Assembly (NCBI GenBank): GCA_964430945.1
Contig: CAYSHH010000001.1
Coordinates: 6,473 to 70,472, forward strand
Direction: 5' to 3'
Length of the DNA stretch: 64,000 nt
From: an uncultured Candidatus Saccharibacteria bacterium
Lineage (GTDB): Bacteria > Patescibacteriota > UBA1384 > JAMDBS01 > CAYSHH01
Shown here: one piece after another, positions 1 to 9,602 of the stretch
Numbering within the stretch: the stretch's first letter is position 1
Layout of the letters: the number at the start of each line of letters is the position of its first letter
Position numbers and translations under genes: made by a program
The notes under the pieces: generated by a model
Seen by the model: only the letters and a program-made list of their open reading frames with translations
Told to the model about the DNA's origin: nothing
Databases searched by the model: none

Positions 1-56
1 CTTCATCGGCTAAGTCTCCCAAGGCATCCACCGTATACTCTTAATGATGATTCTAA
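1..56 (-). rRNA. rrl: 23S rRNA, 5' end only (gene continues leftward out of window)
   Basis: Reverse complement of 1..56 reads ..TCATTAAGAGTATACGGTGGATGCCTTGGGAGACTTAGCCGATGAAG. This matches the universally conserved 23S 5' region (ACGGTGGATGCCTTGG...GCCGATGAAGG). Confidence 0.6.
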
Positions 57-194
57 GATAATCTTATAACTGCAAATACACTGAGTTTTTATTACCCAAA
101 TGATTTATTAATGTTCGTAAAAATTATGTGCAGACTTTAAAACAGGTGTAATAACACCAGTTTTAATAACACATTCATTAGTTGTCGTAAGGCT

Positions 195-222
195 ATATTA
201 ACAAATTTATTTTTTATGTCAA
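195..222 (-). promoter_or_regulatory. sigma70-like promoter (TTGACA-16-TAATAT) facing the 23S 5' end
   Basis: Minus-strand read ggtacTTGACAtaaaaaataaatttgtTAATATagcc. -35 at 217..222, -10 at 195..200, about 130 nt upstream of the mature 23S 5' end. Confidence 0.4.
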
Positions 223-266
223 GTACCTATAAAAATTATAGACAAAAAAATAAATAAATATACATT

Positions 267-1631
267 TTATACCCAACTAGGATGCATACTGTCATCTACA
301 TTATGAGCTTGTTGATCATCTTCATTTGATTCAGAAATTGTAGGAATTATTTGAATCTTCGGTTTATTTTTATCCATAGGAATATCGAGATTTATTCTTC
401 CGCTTTTCTTGAAAGTAAGATTGTTTTTCTTATATTGTTCATAAGATGTTTTGACTGCTGTAATTTTATAATTTCCAGGATTAGCAAGAAAATTGTATCT
501 ACCATTACTATCCGAGATCTGTGTTGAAACAAGTTTATTTTCTCTATTGAACAATCTTAGAATTACTCTATCGATAAATATATTTTCGTTTTTATCCTTT
601 GTTATACCGTAAGGTCGAGTTTTTCTTAATTTATAAAGTTCTAATATCCAGATTACAATATACAGACACGCAACAACCAAATTCAAAGTTGTTATATTCT
701 CATAAAGCGCCATGACAGCAAAAATTGTACCCAAAATTATGACTGGAATTCTAATTACATTAAAAAATTTAATAACTCCTGATAGTAAATTAATTCGACG
801 AGACAAAACTTCATGATCGGGATCTAAGGGTATCTTGTAAAGTAACTCTTGTTTTTGATTTACAACAAATGGAGTGCCATGATAGCCTTCAGTAGTAGAT
901 TTAGATGGAAAAGCATAATTAGATTTAATAACTTTTATATAATATTTCCCAGGACCAACAAATAACAAAAATCTACCTTCCTGGTCTGTAATTTGAGTAG
1001 AAAGAAGCTTATTGTATTCGTTTTCAAATATTTGTACTACTGCTCTTGATATTGGTGCATTTGCCTCTGCATCATAAACCATACCGTAACGCTCCTTCTT
1101 TTTACCAAAATCAAAAAGCGCCAAAAACCATGACCAGGCACTACCGAAAAGCGAGAGTATTGCTATACCACCAAAAAGTTGGGACAAAAGAAGTATTACT
1201 AAGGTAAGCGCTAAACCAACAGTCGCTAGTGGTATATTGAGTTCTTTAGCCAATTGACCCAAAGGTGTGTTGACACCCATCTTAATATCAAAGATAGTAC
1301 CCAAAATAGTAATATCTTCTCCAGTCGGTATCAAATTTTCAGCATCTATGATCGGCCCTAAGCTTATTGGTATTCCTCCGTCTGATTGATTGTTATTATC
1401 TCCTCCTCCGCCACTATTTGATACACTAGGCCAAAATACTATTTGACTCATGTCAGTAAGCATTCCGAATACTTGATAGTTCTCCGAACTACTACTTCCG
1501 CCACTATAATCAACTTGATCAGTAACGTTATATCTTTCCGAAGAAGCAGTATTGGCCATACAAAAAATAGGCAAAAACGTTGCCACTCCCAAAAGCACTA
1601 AAATATAAATTTGATTCACTCCTTTTTTCAT
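267..1631 (-). CDS. Polytopic membrane protein with N-terminal signal/TM, Gly/Ser-rich low-complexity segment and two carboxypeptidase-regulatory-like (CarboxypepD_reg) beta-sandwich repeats
   Basis: ORF track 454 aa. Hydrophobic N-terminus; SGGGGDNNNQSDGG tract; multiple TM helices; two repeats of type GRFLLFVGPGKYYIKV and NGRYNFLANPGNYKITAV. Only 13 nt downstream of the preceding gene. Confidence 0.55.
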   Translation of the reverse strand: MKKGVNQIYILVLLGVATFLPIFCMANTASSERYNVTDQVDYSGGSSSSENYQVFGMLTDMSQIVFWPSVSNSGGGGDNNNQSDGGIPISLGPIIDAENLIPTGEDITILGTIFDIKMGVNTPLGQLAKELNIPLATVGLALTLVILLLSQLFGGIAILSLFGSAWSWFLALFDFGKKKERYGMVYDAEANAPISRAVVQIFENEYNKLLSTQITDQEGRFLLFVGPGKYYIKVIKSNYAFPSKSTTEGYHGTPFVVNQKQELLYKIPLDPDHEVLSRRINLLSGVIKFFNVIRIPVIILGTIFAVMALYENITTLNLVVACLYIVIWILELYKLRKTRPYGITKDKNENIFIDRVILRLFNRENKLVSTQISDSNGRYNFLANPGNYKITAVKTSYEQYKKNNLTFKKSGRINLDIPMDKNKPKIQIIPTISESNEDDQQAHNVDDSMHPSWV

Positions 1632-1644
1632 ATCACAAAATAAC

Positions 1645-3657
1645 TTATTGCTTAATAATAATATAACTAAAACTCATATTCTCACCTGCATTTGAAGAAG
1701 AAACAGTAAAACTTGTATTATCTACAATCGCACTTACCCAATATGATCCTTGTGGCTGACTAGTCGGGGTAATTAACACCAAGTCCCCAGTCTCAATATA
1801 AATATTAGATACAGTAATACTACCAACCGCCCAAGTCGCCCCAGTATCAGCACCCGTCCATCTGTTATTCCCATAAACTGATGCATTCAATTTAATCATG
1901 TTGTCAGTGTCTAATGTCGTACTAGCGGAAGCGTCAAAAACTAATTTAGTTGGATCAGTAATATCCCCCTTATAAGCCCTTAGTGACCCTCCATTTTGAA
2001 CATAGAGCTCTCCAGTAATGTTTTTTATATATATATTATTACCGATATATGTATCATTATTTCCTGCCCCACCATGTCCGATAAAAATATCACCCTGGAA
2101 TGTTTCACCAGCAGCCGCATCGTACCTACCGATGGATATATCTCCGCCACCAGTAGCACCTTGATTAACGATATCGCCAATATATACATTATCTGAGGCA
2201 CTAGCCGCTCTAATACGTATATTATCTGTTACACCTGCCACAACGCTAGCTTCGAAATTTGCATTTTGGACAGTCACTGTATCAGTGATACCTCCTTTTG
2301 TAAACAACAAATTTGCATCCGTTGGTCCAATCCCTATCCAATGTGCAGAATCCACATAAACATTATTTGATATTCTCATACCTAAAGAATCAACATACAT
2401 AGCATCTGCTCCATTAACATTCATATCATACGAACCTCCAGCGGGAATATTTACATCAACTCCAGTTGCTTCAACTGAAAAAATATCTACTTTTGTTCCT
2501 CCAACATCATAACCTAAACTAATTCGCTCAGTTGCACCAACTCCAAGACTAATATTACCGTCTGTATCAAATTCCCAATCACTACTACTAGTTTCGTATC
2601 CTATGAATGAATTACCGTCAAAAGTGACATAATGATCTGCTAATAAAAGATTTCCCGTCATTATCTCAACATTAGCTGTAGTATTATGAATTAAAAGTGC
2701 GTCTACACCGTCTACTGCCAAATCTAAATCTTGCCCAGCCCCTGCCTCAATGTAGGTTGCATTGGTTATACTTTGATCATTTAAATTTAAATTTACCGTG
2801 GCAATAGCTGCGCTTGGAACTATTTTCAACTGATTTGCATCAACCTCAAAAATATCGGAACCATTTATGCCAAATAAAATCGAATTTGAACCATAAGAAC
2901 TAACAGTGTTTACACCGAGAATATTATTATTATTAACATTTAATCCCACTCCTGAGCTAGGTAATATTTTTACAGCACTTGAGTTTATTTCTAAAATATT
3001 TGTTCCACCGATATCAAACTTTATACTATTACTCCCATATCCAGAAATTGTATTGATACTAGTTAAATTATGATTGTTTAAATTAATATTACTCGATAAG
3101 GTTGCTCCAGAAAAATCAATACCGCCAGACACGTTAAGGCCATCGTCAGCTTGCAAATAAGTTGCAGTTTTTATTGCCGACCCAATATTTATTGCTCCAG
3201 CCGAATCCAACACCAATATATCATCAGCCCCAGTACCAGCATTTTTACCATCTAGTTTCTTAGAATTAATCGAAAACGGCGATGCTCCAATTTGTGTTCG
3301 AGGACTCATTTCACTATCTGATCCAACTTTGATACCTAAATAGTACTCACTAGAATTAAAATCAAGAGTTATTGGATTGACATCTCCTAATATTACCGAA
3401 AAAATACCATTTTTGGTAGTCACACTTTGAGTTTCGGACCAAGCATTGTCAGATGCAGTTGAACTAGTATAAATACTAAATACTATGTTATAAGTCCCAT
3501 CCGACACAGTGTTTCCTGAACTATTGGTAAGTCTCCCTTGATAACTCAATTTCGAATCAGGCAAGGCATAAGCACTTTCCGAGTAACCAAAAAAAACTGT
3601 GAAAACAGTCAAAAACGCCAACATAACCAAAAATGATCCGAGGCCTTTCTCTTTCAA
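1645..3657 (-). CDS. Secreted repetitive surface protein (signal peptide, internal ~40-aa tandem repeats, beta-helix/adhesin-like)
   Basis: 670 aa. TTG start preceded by AAGGAGGGG. N-terminal signal peptide (..GYSESAYA|LPD). Repeats such as SGYGSNSIKFDIGGTNILEINSSAVKILPSS and SSYGSNSILFGINGSDIFEVDANQLKIVPSA; Asn/Gly/Ser-rich. Confidence 0.6.
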   Translation of the reverse strand: MKEKGLGSFLVMLAFLTVFTVFFGYSESAYALPDSKLSYQGRLTNSSGNTVSDGTYNIVFSIYTSSTASDNAWSETQSVTTKNGIFSVILGDVNPITLDFNSSEYYLGIKVGSDSEMSPRTQIGASPFSINSKKLDGKNAGTGADDILVLDSAGAINIGSAIKTATYLQADDGLNVSGGIDFSGATLSSNINLNNHNLTSINTISGYGSNSIKFDIGGTNILEINSSAVKILPSSGVGLNVNNNNILGVNTVSSYGSNSILFGINGSDIFEVDANQLKIVPSAAIATVNLNLNDQSITNATYIEAGAGQDLDLAVDGVDALLIHNTTANVEIMTGNLLLADHYVTFDGNSFIGYETSSSDWEFDTDGNISLGVGATERISLGYDVGGTKVDIFSVEATGVDVNIPAGGSYDMNVNGADAMYVDSLGMRISNNVYVDSAHWIGIGPTDANLLFTKGGITDTVTVQNANFEASVVAGVTDNIRIRAASASDNVYIGDIVNQGATGGGDISIGRYDAAAGETFQGDIFIGHGGAGNNDTYIGNNIYIKNITGELYVQNGGSLRAYKGDITDPTKLVFDASASTTLDTDNMIKLNASVYGNNRWTGADTGATWAVGSITVSNIYIETGDLVLITPTSQPQGSYWVSAIVDNTSFTVSSSNAGENMSFSYIIIKQ

Positions 3658-3705
3658 AACCCCTCCTTAAAAGTAGGTTTATTTATTACAAATTTTTATA
3701 AATAT

Positions 3706-3714
3706 ATTATATCA
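3706..3714 (-). promoter_or_regulatory. Extended -10 element (TGATATAAT) upstream of the surface-protein gene
   Basis: Minus-strand TGATATAAT about 40 nt upstream of the strong SD and TTG start at 3657. Confidence 0.3.
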
Positions 3715-3745
3715 AATATAGTCTATTTTCACCAAGTGTATCATT

Positions 3746-4000
3746 CTACCGAGAAGTTGGTTGATGATAATCATCAAGGCCAGTATTCCCCCAATTACCA
3801 AACTCAATTACACCCATAAGATATAAAAATCCTACAAGAATAACTCCGATCGCAATAAGTTTCCACATAGTGTAAGACCCCCCTCCACCAAGATGTTGCT
3901 CTGCCCAAACACTTTTACCGAAAGTTCGCACCAACGGCTCCGTATATTTCAATATTGCAAGCCCAATAACAAACATCGATAAAAATATAAGAAATTTCAT
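3746..4000 (-). CDS. Small membrane protein (2 TM), hypothetical
   Basis: 84 aa ORF with two hydrophobic helices and a GGGG linker. Confidence 0.4.
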   Translation of the reverse strand: MKFLIFLSMFVIGLAILKYTEPLVRTFGKSVWAEQHLGGGGSYTMWKLIAIGVILVGFLYLMGVIEFGNWGNTGLDDYHQPTSR

Positions 4001-4012
4001 AAGTCTATCCTC

Positions 4013-4501
4013 CTATTTAAATATTATCACTAATCCAACCGCTAAAACAACAAGCTGGACTATTACACCCCAGTACCAATATTTTTTATCTAATCTATAA
4101 TGAATCTTTTTATGAAAATTAATTAGCGGTGTTACTAGAGGAATTTTTCTTGTACTATCCAATCCCAATTTACCCCCAGAAAAACTAATTTGGAATATCT
4201 TATCTAAAAAATCTACCATGAAAGTTGCCATACCCCCCCAAATAACATTCACTTTCCCAGTATATCGATATGCAACATAAATTAAAATTAATCCAATGAA
4301 AATATCACTTCCGACTAAACACCAGTCCCAGAAATCAAATACGATTCCTTTTTCAGGATTTCCATGTCTTACGCCACTATCATAATGAGGAAGCATATCT
4401 AAAATATAATGACTTGCTACAGACAGAACTACTACCAAAAAAGTACCATCAAGTACATCTCCAATAGCTGATCCAACTGCAATATGTGGTGTTATGAGCA
4501 T
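4013..4501 (-). CDS. Integral membrane protein, hypothetical (possible membrane-bound hydrolase-like)
   Basis: 162 aa with 4-5 hydrophobic segments and conserved His/Asp residues (HIAVGSAIGD, HYILDMLPHYD). Function not established. Confidence 0.4.
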   Translation of the reverse strand: MLITPHIAVGSAIGDVLDGTFLVVVLSVASHYILDMLPHYDSGVRHGNPEKGIVFDFWDWCLVGSDIFIGLILIYVAYRYTGKVNVIWGGMATFMVDFLDKIFQISFSGGKLGLDSTRKIPLVTPLINFHKKIHYRLDKKYWYWGVIVQLVVLAVGLVIIFK

Positions 4502-4533
4502 AAAACGTCCAATATCTAATTTAATAAATTATA

Positions 4534-5424
4534 TCAAAATAAACTATTTTGTTTTATCTGTTTATTGTATTTATTATTAATAATATTTGCATCAATTTGA
4601 ACAATATGAGAAATCCAAGGGTGCAAATCAATAACAAATTGGCTATTTGATGCTTCGACGACCAAGAAGCTCCCAATCATTGCAATTCCACTACCAGAAA
4701 TATAGTTATTTTTGACAATATCTGGGTCTCTCAAAACATTATTTTCTAAATAATAGTTGTCAAATACCTCAATTTTATTATTAATATCTAAATCAAATTC
4801 CTTCGATATCTCATTTTTCATGTCATTAAGTTTTTCTTTTGCTAATTTGGAATCATAATTATTGATAACCAATTGAATCTTTTTATTTCTACTTACGACT
4901 TCTGGCACAGATAAAAATTTGTGTGTATACTCTTCTATCTCTCTTGCGTCATAGGCATTGTCGCATGTCTTAATTATTATTGCACACCTAGCACCTTGTT
5001 CCAACAACCTCCGACGAATTCTTGGTGCATAAGCGATACCAACTTTGTTCACACCATATCCGAAATTAGCTAAATATACACTATGGGGTTTATTGTTTCT
5101 TTTCTGCTGTTTTAAAGATATATAATCAGCATTATAAAATGCTGGATTAAAACCCTGTTTTCTTTTGCACTTATCACACAATGTATATTTGGGGTGAAAA
5201 ATTTCACTTTTTTCAGGACAAGGATAAAAACCATCAATCGTCATGTCATATCCTCCAATACAATACTTTTTACTAGTTTTTCTAATAGTAAATTTTTGAT
5301 TTCTAATCGAAAAATGATATCTTTTCATATCTCCAAAAATCATATCCAAAACTAAAAATGGTCCTTCTTTTTTATGAAAACCATATCCAGAAAATAAATA
5401 TTTTTTCTCAAAATTAATATTCAT
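4534..5424 (-). CDS. Hypothetical protein with N-terminal Cys-rich zinc-ribbon-like segment and GIY-YIG-like motif
   Basis: 296 aa. CPEKSEIFHPKYTLCDKCKRK, followed by SVYLANFGYGVNKVGIAYAPRIRRRLLEQ, which resembles a GIY...YIG...R...E nuclease core. Assignment tentative. Confidence 0.4.
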   Translation of the reverse strand: MNINFEKKYLFSGYGFHKKEGPFLVLDMIFGDMKRYHFSIRNQKFTIRKTSKKYCIGGYDMTIDGFYPCPEKSEIFHPKYTLCDKCKRKQGFNPAFYNADYISLKQQKRNNKPHSVYLANFGYGVNKVGIAYAPRIRRRLLEQGARCAIIIKTCDNAYDAREIEEYTHKFLSVPEVVSRNKKIQLVINNYDSKLAKEKLNDMKNEISKEFDLDINNKIEVFDNYYLENNVLRDPDIVKNNYISGSGIAMIGSFLVVEASNSQFVIDLHPWISHIVQIDANIINNKYNKQIKQNSLF

Positions 5425-5464
5425 AATACAAATAATCTATAAGTGTATTGTAAGTTAAATATCT

Positions 5465-5496
5465 CAAACAAACAAAATGGCTCCTTTATAGGAGCC
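5465..5496 (-). terminator. Rho-independent terminator after HAD nucleotidase gene
   Basis: GGCTCC-TATAAA-GGAGCC hairpin (5479..5496) followed on the minus strand by ATTTTGTTTGTTTG. Confidence 0.5.
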
Positions 5497-5502
5497 AATA
5501 TT

Positions 5503-6099
5503 TCATAAAAGAATTTTTAACATTGGGATTAAATAATCCCAATTGTCAAACTTAAATACACAATCTTGCTTCAAATCGTAATTATATCCCCTCAGAAACA
5601 CTATCCTTCTCCATTTGGGAACATATTGACCAATAATATTTCTAGGAACATCATCTATAAGTAAATCACCCTCGAATAATGTCTTGTCGCTCATAAATAA
5701 AATATTATCCATTAGTTCTGGAAAATATTTATTAATCAGATATATTTTATCAGCTACATTTGTCTGTGATCTAGACATTGGATTTGTGACAAAGTATATC
5801 TTGGCACCTAATTTATAAAGGAGTTTTATAGTTTTAACTGCACCAGAAATAGGAGCCATTTCCCTTGCAAATCCATCCGCATAATATATATTGTCCAAAA
5901 TATCCCAAAAATATTTAGGAAAATTCTCCCTCAAAGGAAATTTTTTTATATCATACAACTGCATCCTTTTTAGAATATCAAACGTTTGATAAAAAATATC
6001 AAGCGTCAATCTATCAAAATCAAAAACAGTATTATCAAGATCTATTCCGATAATCATTCCTTTGATCATCGATAAAAAATTCTTATTCATATTACTCAC
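5503..6099 (-). CDS. HAD-superfamily hydrolase, 5'(3')-deoxyribonucleotidase-like
   Basis: 198 aa. N-terminal HAD motif I GIDLDNTVFDFD and a downstream LIDDVPRN motif. Confidence 0.5.
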   Translation of the reverse strand: MSNMNKNFLSMIKGMIIGIDLDNTVFDFDRLTLDIFYQTFDILKRMQLYDIKKFPLRENFPKYFWDILDNIYYADGFAREMAPISGAVKTIKLLYKLGAKIYFVTNPMSRSQTNVADKIYLINKYFPELMDNILFMSDKTLFEGDLLIDDVPRNIIGQYVPKWRRIVFLRGYNYDLKQDCVFKFDNWDYLIPMLKILL

Positions 6100-6144
6100 C
6101 CCGTATTTTTAATAAAACAAATTAGCCTTAAGGTAACAGAATAC

Positions 6145-6187
6145 TCAAAATAAAAAAAGCTTCAAGCAAATAATATTGCGTGAAGCT
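6145..6187 (-). terminator. Rho-independent terminator after 139-aa gene
   Basis: AGCTTCA...TGAAGCT stem (6158..6187) followed on the minus strand by TTTTTTTATTTTG. Confidence 0.5.
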
Positions 6188-6207
6188 CGAATTCAAAGTT
6201 TCCTTCA

Positions 6208-6627
6208 TTAACTGCGGATGATTATTACATCCCTGTTATTTATCTGGATTTTGCCTTCATCTAATACTACATCATCAACCTCACAGATATTCTTACCCCA
6301 AGGCTGATTTCTCACATTATTTACAAGTTTATCCTTAGCCTCCTGGTCTTTGCCGTTCATGATCATAACTGGAAAAATATCAACCAGAGAGATCTCAATA
6401 AGCTCATTTTTTGAGTACATGTGCCAGACACAATAAAAATAATTTCTGTACTCGCCAGTTGCGCCAGTGTCTTCATCAAATTCATTTCGCTTTGTCAAAA
6501 CTGCAAAATGATTATCATCGACATAAAACAATGCGATCGCAGACTCGTGAAGCTCATGGTCCCAAGTATAGTTGCGCCATTCTCTATCGATGTGTTCAAA
6601 TATCATTCGATAATTATCAACACACAC
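6208..6627 (-). CDS. Hypothetical protein
   Basis: 139 aa ORF, no recognisable motif; has its own terminator. Confidence 0.4.
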   Translation of the reverse strand: MCVDNYRMIFEHIDREWRNYTWDHELHESAIALFYVDDNHFAVLTKRNEFDEDTGATGEYRNYFYCVWHMYSKNELIEISLVDIFPVMIMNGKDQEAKDKLVNNVRNQPWGKNICEVDDVVLDEGKIQINNRDVIIIRS

Positions 6628-6769
6628 TACCTTTCACCTCCTTATAGAAAATTAATTCTCCTCCTTTCAAAAATTATTATTAAATTACAATTATAATCAT
6701 CCAAAACAAAACTACACTAAATTAAGCAAAAAATCAATCATTTTCAATTCATTTAAATTCAATCTTGTA

Positions 6770-6807
6770 TGACCAAACGACAAATACTCAGCAGAAGCTG
6801 AGTATTT
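6770..6807 (-). terminator. Hairpin/terminator-like element immediately 3' of tRNA-Ala
   Basis: Perfect 11-bp stem AAATACTCAGC-(4 nt loop)-GCTGAGTATTT at 6782..6807, followed on the minus strand by GTCGTTTGG. Confidence 0.4.
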
Positions 6808-6813
6808 CTCGTT

Positions 6814-6889
6814 TGGTGGACCCGACAGGACTCGAACCTGCCACCTCCACAGTGCAAATGTGGCGCTCTACCAGATGAGCTACGGGCCC
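6814..6889 (-). tRNA. tRNA-Ala (anticodon UGC), CCA encoded
   Basis: Reverse complement GGGCCCGTAGCTCATCTGGTAGAGCGCCACATTTGCACTGTGGAGGTGGCAGGTTCGAGTCCTGTCGGGTCCACCA. Cloverleaf with G3:U70 Ala identity pair and anticodon loop TT-TGC-AC. Confidence 0.9.
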
Positions 6890-6905
6890 TCGCATAATTA
6901 TTAAC

Positions 6906-6981
6906 TGGTGCGCATGGGAGGAATTGAACCTCCGACCTCGTCATTATCAGTGACGCGCTCTAACCCCTGAGCTACATGCGC
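6906..6981 (-). tRNA. tRNA-Ile (anticodon GAU), CCA encoded
   Basis: Reverse complement GCGCATGTAGCTCAGGGGTTAGAGCGCGTCACTGATAATGACGAGGTCGGAGGTTCAATTCCTCCCATGCGCACCA. Anticodon loop CT-GAT-AA. 16 nt upstream of tRNA-Ala, as in rrn spacers. Confidence 0.9.
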
Positions 6982-7034
6982 AAGAATTCATTTTAGTAAA
7001 ATAATAATAACAGAAGTACCTAAGAGTTTCAAGA

Positions 7035-9602
7035 TTAAATATTATTCTTGTCAATTTTTATTGTCTCACCCTTTTTTACTTCGCCCGATATCATTTCCTT
7101 GGCAACAAGATTCTCCACTTTTTCTTGAATCAGCCTTCTTAGTGGCCTTGCTCCAAACAGGGGATCATATCCCTCTTCTGCTAATTTGTTTATTGCCCCA
7201 TCAGAAATCTCAAGTCTAATATTTTTCTCAGCCAAATCGTCATGAAGACTTTTTATCATAAGTTTTACAATTTGAATAATTTCCTGGATATCAAGTGGTT
7301 TATAGCACACAACTTTATCAAATCTGTTGATAAATTCCGGTCGAAAAATGCCTTGCGAAAGTAAATAATCAACAATTACCTTTCCTAAAGCATTGGCTGA
7401 TATATTACCTTCCAAATACTGTCTGATCTTTTCACTTCCGGCATTTGAAGTACAAATAATTATTGTGCTCGTAAAATCAATAGTTTTTCCAGCAGCATCA
7501 GTAAGTCTTCCCTCGTCCAAAACTTGCAATAACAAATTTAAAATATTTGGGTGTGCTTTTTCGATCTCATCAAAAAGTATCAATGTATATGGATTATTTT
7601 TTACGCCTTGTGTAAGTCTGCCTGGAACGTATTCTCTTCCGCTTTTTGTTCCTATCAAACGATCAATAGTATTAACTTCCTGAAATTCACTCATATCAAA
7701 TCTGATCATATTCTTTTCTGAACCGTAGTACGCTTCGGCCAAAGCACGAGCAGTTTCAGTTTTTCCGACTCCAGTAGGACCAATAAATAAAAAACTTCCG
7801 ATTGGTCTTTTTTTACCAGCAATACCAGCTCTAGCTCTTCTCAAAGCATCAGCAACTGCATCGATTGCTTCTCTTTGACCAATAACCCTTTTATGTAAAA
7901 TATTTTCCAAATTAAGCAATCTCTCCTTCTCCTCTTCTTCAACTTTTCCAACAGGCATTTTTATTTTGCGACTCATAAAATCGTTGATATAATCTACATC
8001 TACAATCTTTTCATTACTTTTCTGAGCATTTATTCCAACTTCACTTAGGAGGTCAACCGCTTTTTGCGGAAATGACTCATCATGAATATATCTCGACGCA
8101 AGTTCAATCAACGTCTTTACTGCCTGATATTTAAAAACAATTCCATGTTTTATTTCTATAAAAGATATAAGATGTTCAATACTTGGGATAACTTCTTCTT
8201 TACTCATCTCCTTTACTTCAATTTTATTAAACAACGTTTCTAGGCTAGTATTCGCCTGCATTTTTCCTTTGAAACTATCATATGAAATACTAGCAATAAC
8301 ATTGATTTCACCAGATTCTAGATAAGGCACTAAAAACTCAGCAGCATTAACTGTTCCCATCTCTCCCAGATAATTTCCTATCAAATGATCTATTTCTTTT
8401 ACAAAAAGAATTATATTTCCGGCATAAGTTGTTTCATTGAATACTGCCAAAAACCTAGCTTCAAGCTCGCTTTTTGAATTTACACCAGCCAAGATTTTAT
8501 TAATATCCAATTGGAATAAGTGTTTGTAGTTCAAACTTGGATATGATTTCCCTCTTCCAATTTTTTGTGCAAGTGAATTTACTAAGGTTGTTTTTCCAAC
8601 ACCCGGATCCCCAATAAGAAGGATATTATTTCTACCTGATTTTGCTAAATCGTCTTCAATAGTTTTAATTATCTCTTGCCTTGTTTGAGACTGATATTCT
8701 AGTTTGGCATCTATAAGATATTGTGAGATATCAGTGCAATACATATTGAGATATGGTGTATATCCCGAAGCCCAATCTTGACCTATACCTGCAGGATAAT
8801 AATCCTTTTGCCAATAATATTTCTTCTTACTTTCCAACAATGTTCTTTCAGTCCAAGACAAAATATTTTTTAAATCATTTTCTTTTATATCAATGTCATT
8901 GAGTACATGCGAAAAAATCTGCAAATTCTTGTAAAGTGACATGACAAGATCTGAAAAATTGATATTTGTGTGATTGCTTGCCAATGCTTCCTTGTCACAC
9001 TGATTCAAGAAATTTTTATTTTGTATATCGAGCTGATCTTGAGCGTTTGCAGACAAACTTTTCATTTCATCTATTAGACTCTTTCTAGTCGCATCGTCAA
9101 CGATAAAACCAGATCTGATAGCAAATACTCTACCAATATCCGTTTTATCCAAAGCTACCAAGATAGCCATAAGATTAATTTCTCGAACATTGTTTTTTCT
9201 AGAAATATCTATAGCTTCACCTAAAATTTCAATATTTTTTTCATTAAAATAATCAAATAAATTCTCACTTGTTTTTTTTTGAATATTTAAATTGTTTTGT
9301 ATATGAGTACCAAATTTTACATATATGTTGATGAGAAAAATAAAAATTCCAAAACCCAATACAATATAAAGCAAAGATCTTATTTCTGGATTTACTAAAT
9401 TGCTATTCCTAGCCAAAATTAAATAAGCAAAGGATGATATCCCAGCAAAATATATTAGATAGCCAAAAAAACTAACCCAAAAACTTCCAAAAGTTTTTCG
9501 TAGTCTGTAAGCTTCATAAGATTTTGAACTCAAAAAATCTTTAATCATATTATTAACCCTCGATAAATCAGATAAATAATTAAAAATGGTAAACTCAACC
9601 AT
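7035..9602 (-). CDS. Membrane-anchored ClpA/ClpB/ClpC-family AAA+ ATPase (two AAA domains; atypical N-terminus with 2 TM helices; divergent D1)
   Basis: 855 aa. The N-terminal 100 aa contain two hydrophobic helices and no Clp_N domain. D1 Walker A is LLIGDPGVGKTTL, but the Walker B region reads ILFVKEIDHL instead of ILFIDEIH. D2 is canonical (VIGQREAI..., FLFIGPTGVGKTETARALA, LILFDEIEKAHPNI, sensor-2 GARPLRR). Confidence 0.8.
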   Translation of the reverse strand: MVEFTIFNYLSDLSRVNNMIKDFLSSKSYEAYRLRKTFGSFWVSFFGYLIYFAGISSFAYLILARNSNLVNPEIRSLLYIVLGFGIFIFLINIYVKFGTHIQNNLNIQKKTSENLFDYFNEKNIEILGEAIDISRKNNVREINLMAILVALDKTDIGRVFAIRSGFIVDDATRKSLIDEMKSLSANAQDQLDIQNKNFLNQCDKEALASNHTNINFSDLVMSLYKNLQIFSHVLNDIDIKENDLKNILSWTERTLLESKKKYYWQKDYYPAGIGQDWASGYTPYLNMYCTDISQYLIDAKLEYQSQTRQEIIKTIEDDLAKSGRNNILLIGDPGVGKTTLVNSLAQKIGRGKSYPSLNYKHLFQLDINKILAGVNSKSELEARFLAVFNETTYAGNIILFVKEIDHLIGNYLGEMGTVNAAEFLVPYLESGEINVIASISYDSFKGKMQANTSLETLFNKIEVKEMSKEEVIPSIEHLISFIEIKHGIVFKYQAVKTLIELASRYIHDESFPQKAVDLLSEVGINAQKSNEKIVDVDYINDFMSRKIKMPVGKVEEEEKERLLNLENILHKRVIGQREAIDAVADALRRARAGIAGKKRPIGSFLFIGPTGVGKTETARALAEAYYGSEKNMIRFDMSEFQEVNTIDRLIGTKSGREYVPGRLTQGVKNNPYTLILFDEIEKAHPNILNLLLQVLDEGRLTDAAGKTIDFTSTIIICTSNAGSEKIRQYLEGNISANALGKVIVDYLLSQGIFRPEFINRFDKVVCYKPLDIQEIIQIVKLMIKSLHDDLAEKNIRLEISDGAINKLAEEGYDPLFGARPLRRLIQEKVENLVAKEMISGEVKKGETIKIDKNNI

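Noticed and set aside
1996-2196. Short plus-strand ORFs nested antisense inside long minus-strand genes (for example 1996..2196, 7393..7683, 12220..12592, 57232..57819, 60911..61444)
   Set aside because: No RBS; AT-rich antisense frames of well-supported genes. Their composition is typical of spurious shadow ORFs.
6759-6944. 61-aa minus-strand ORF
   Set aside because: It is fully accounted for by tRNA-Ala and tRNA-Ile, so the open frame is coincidental.
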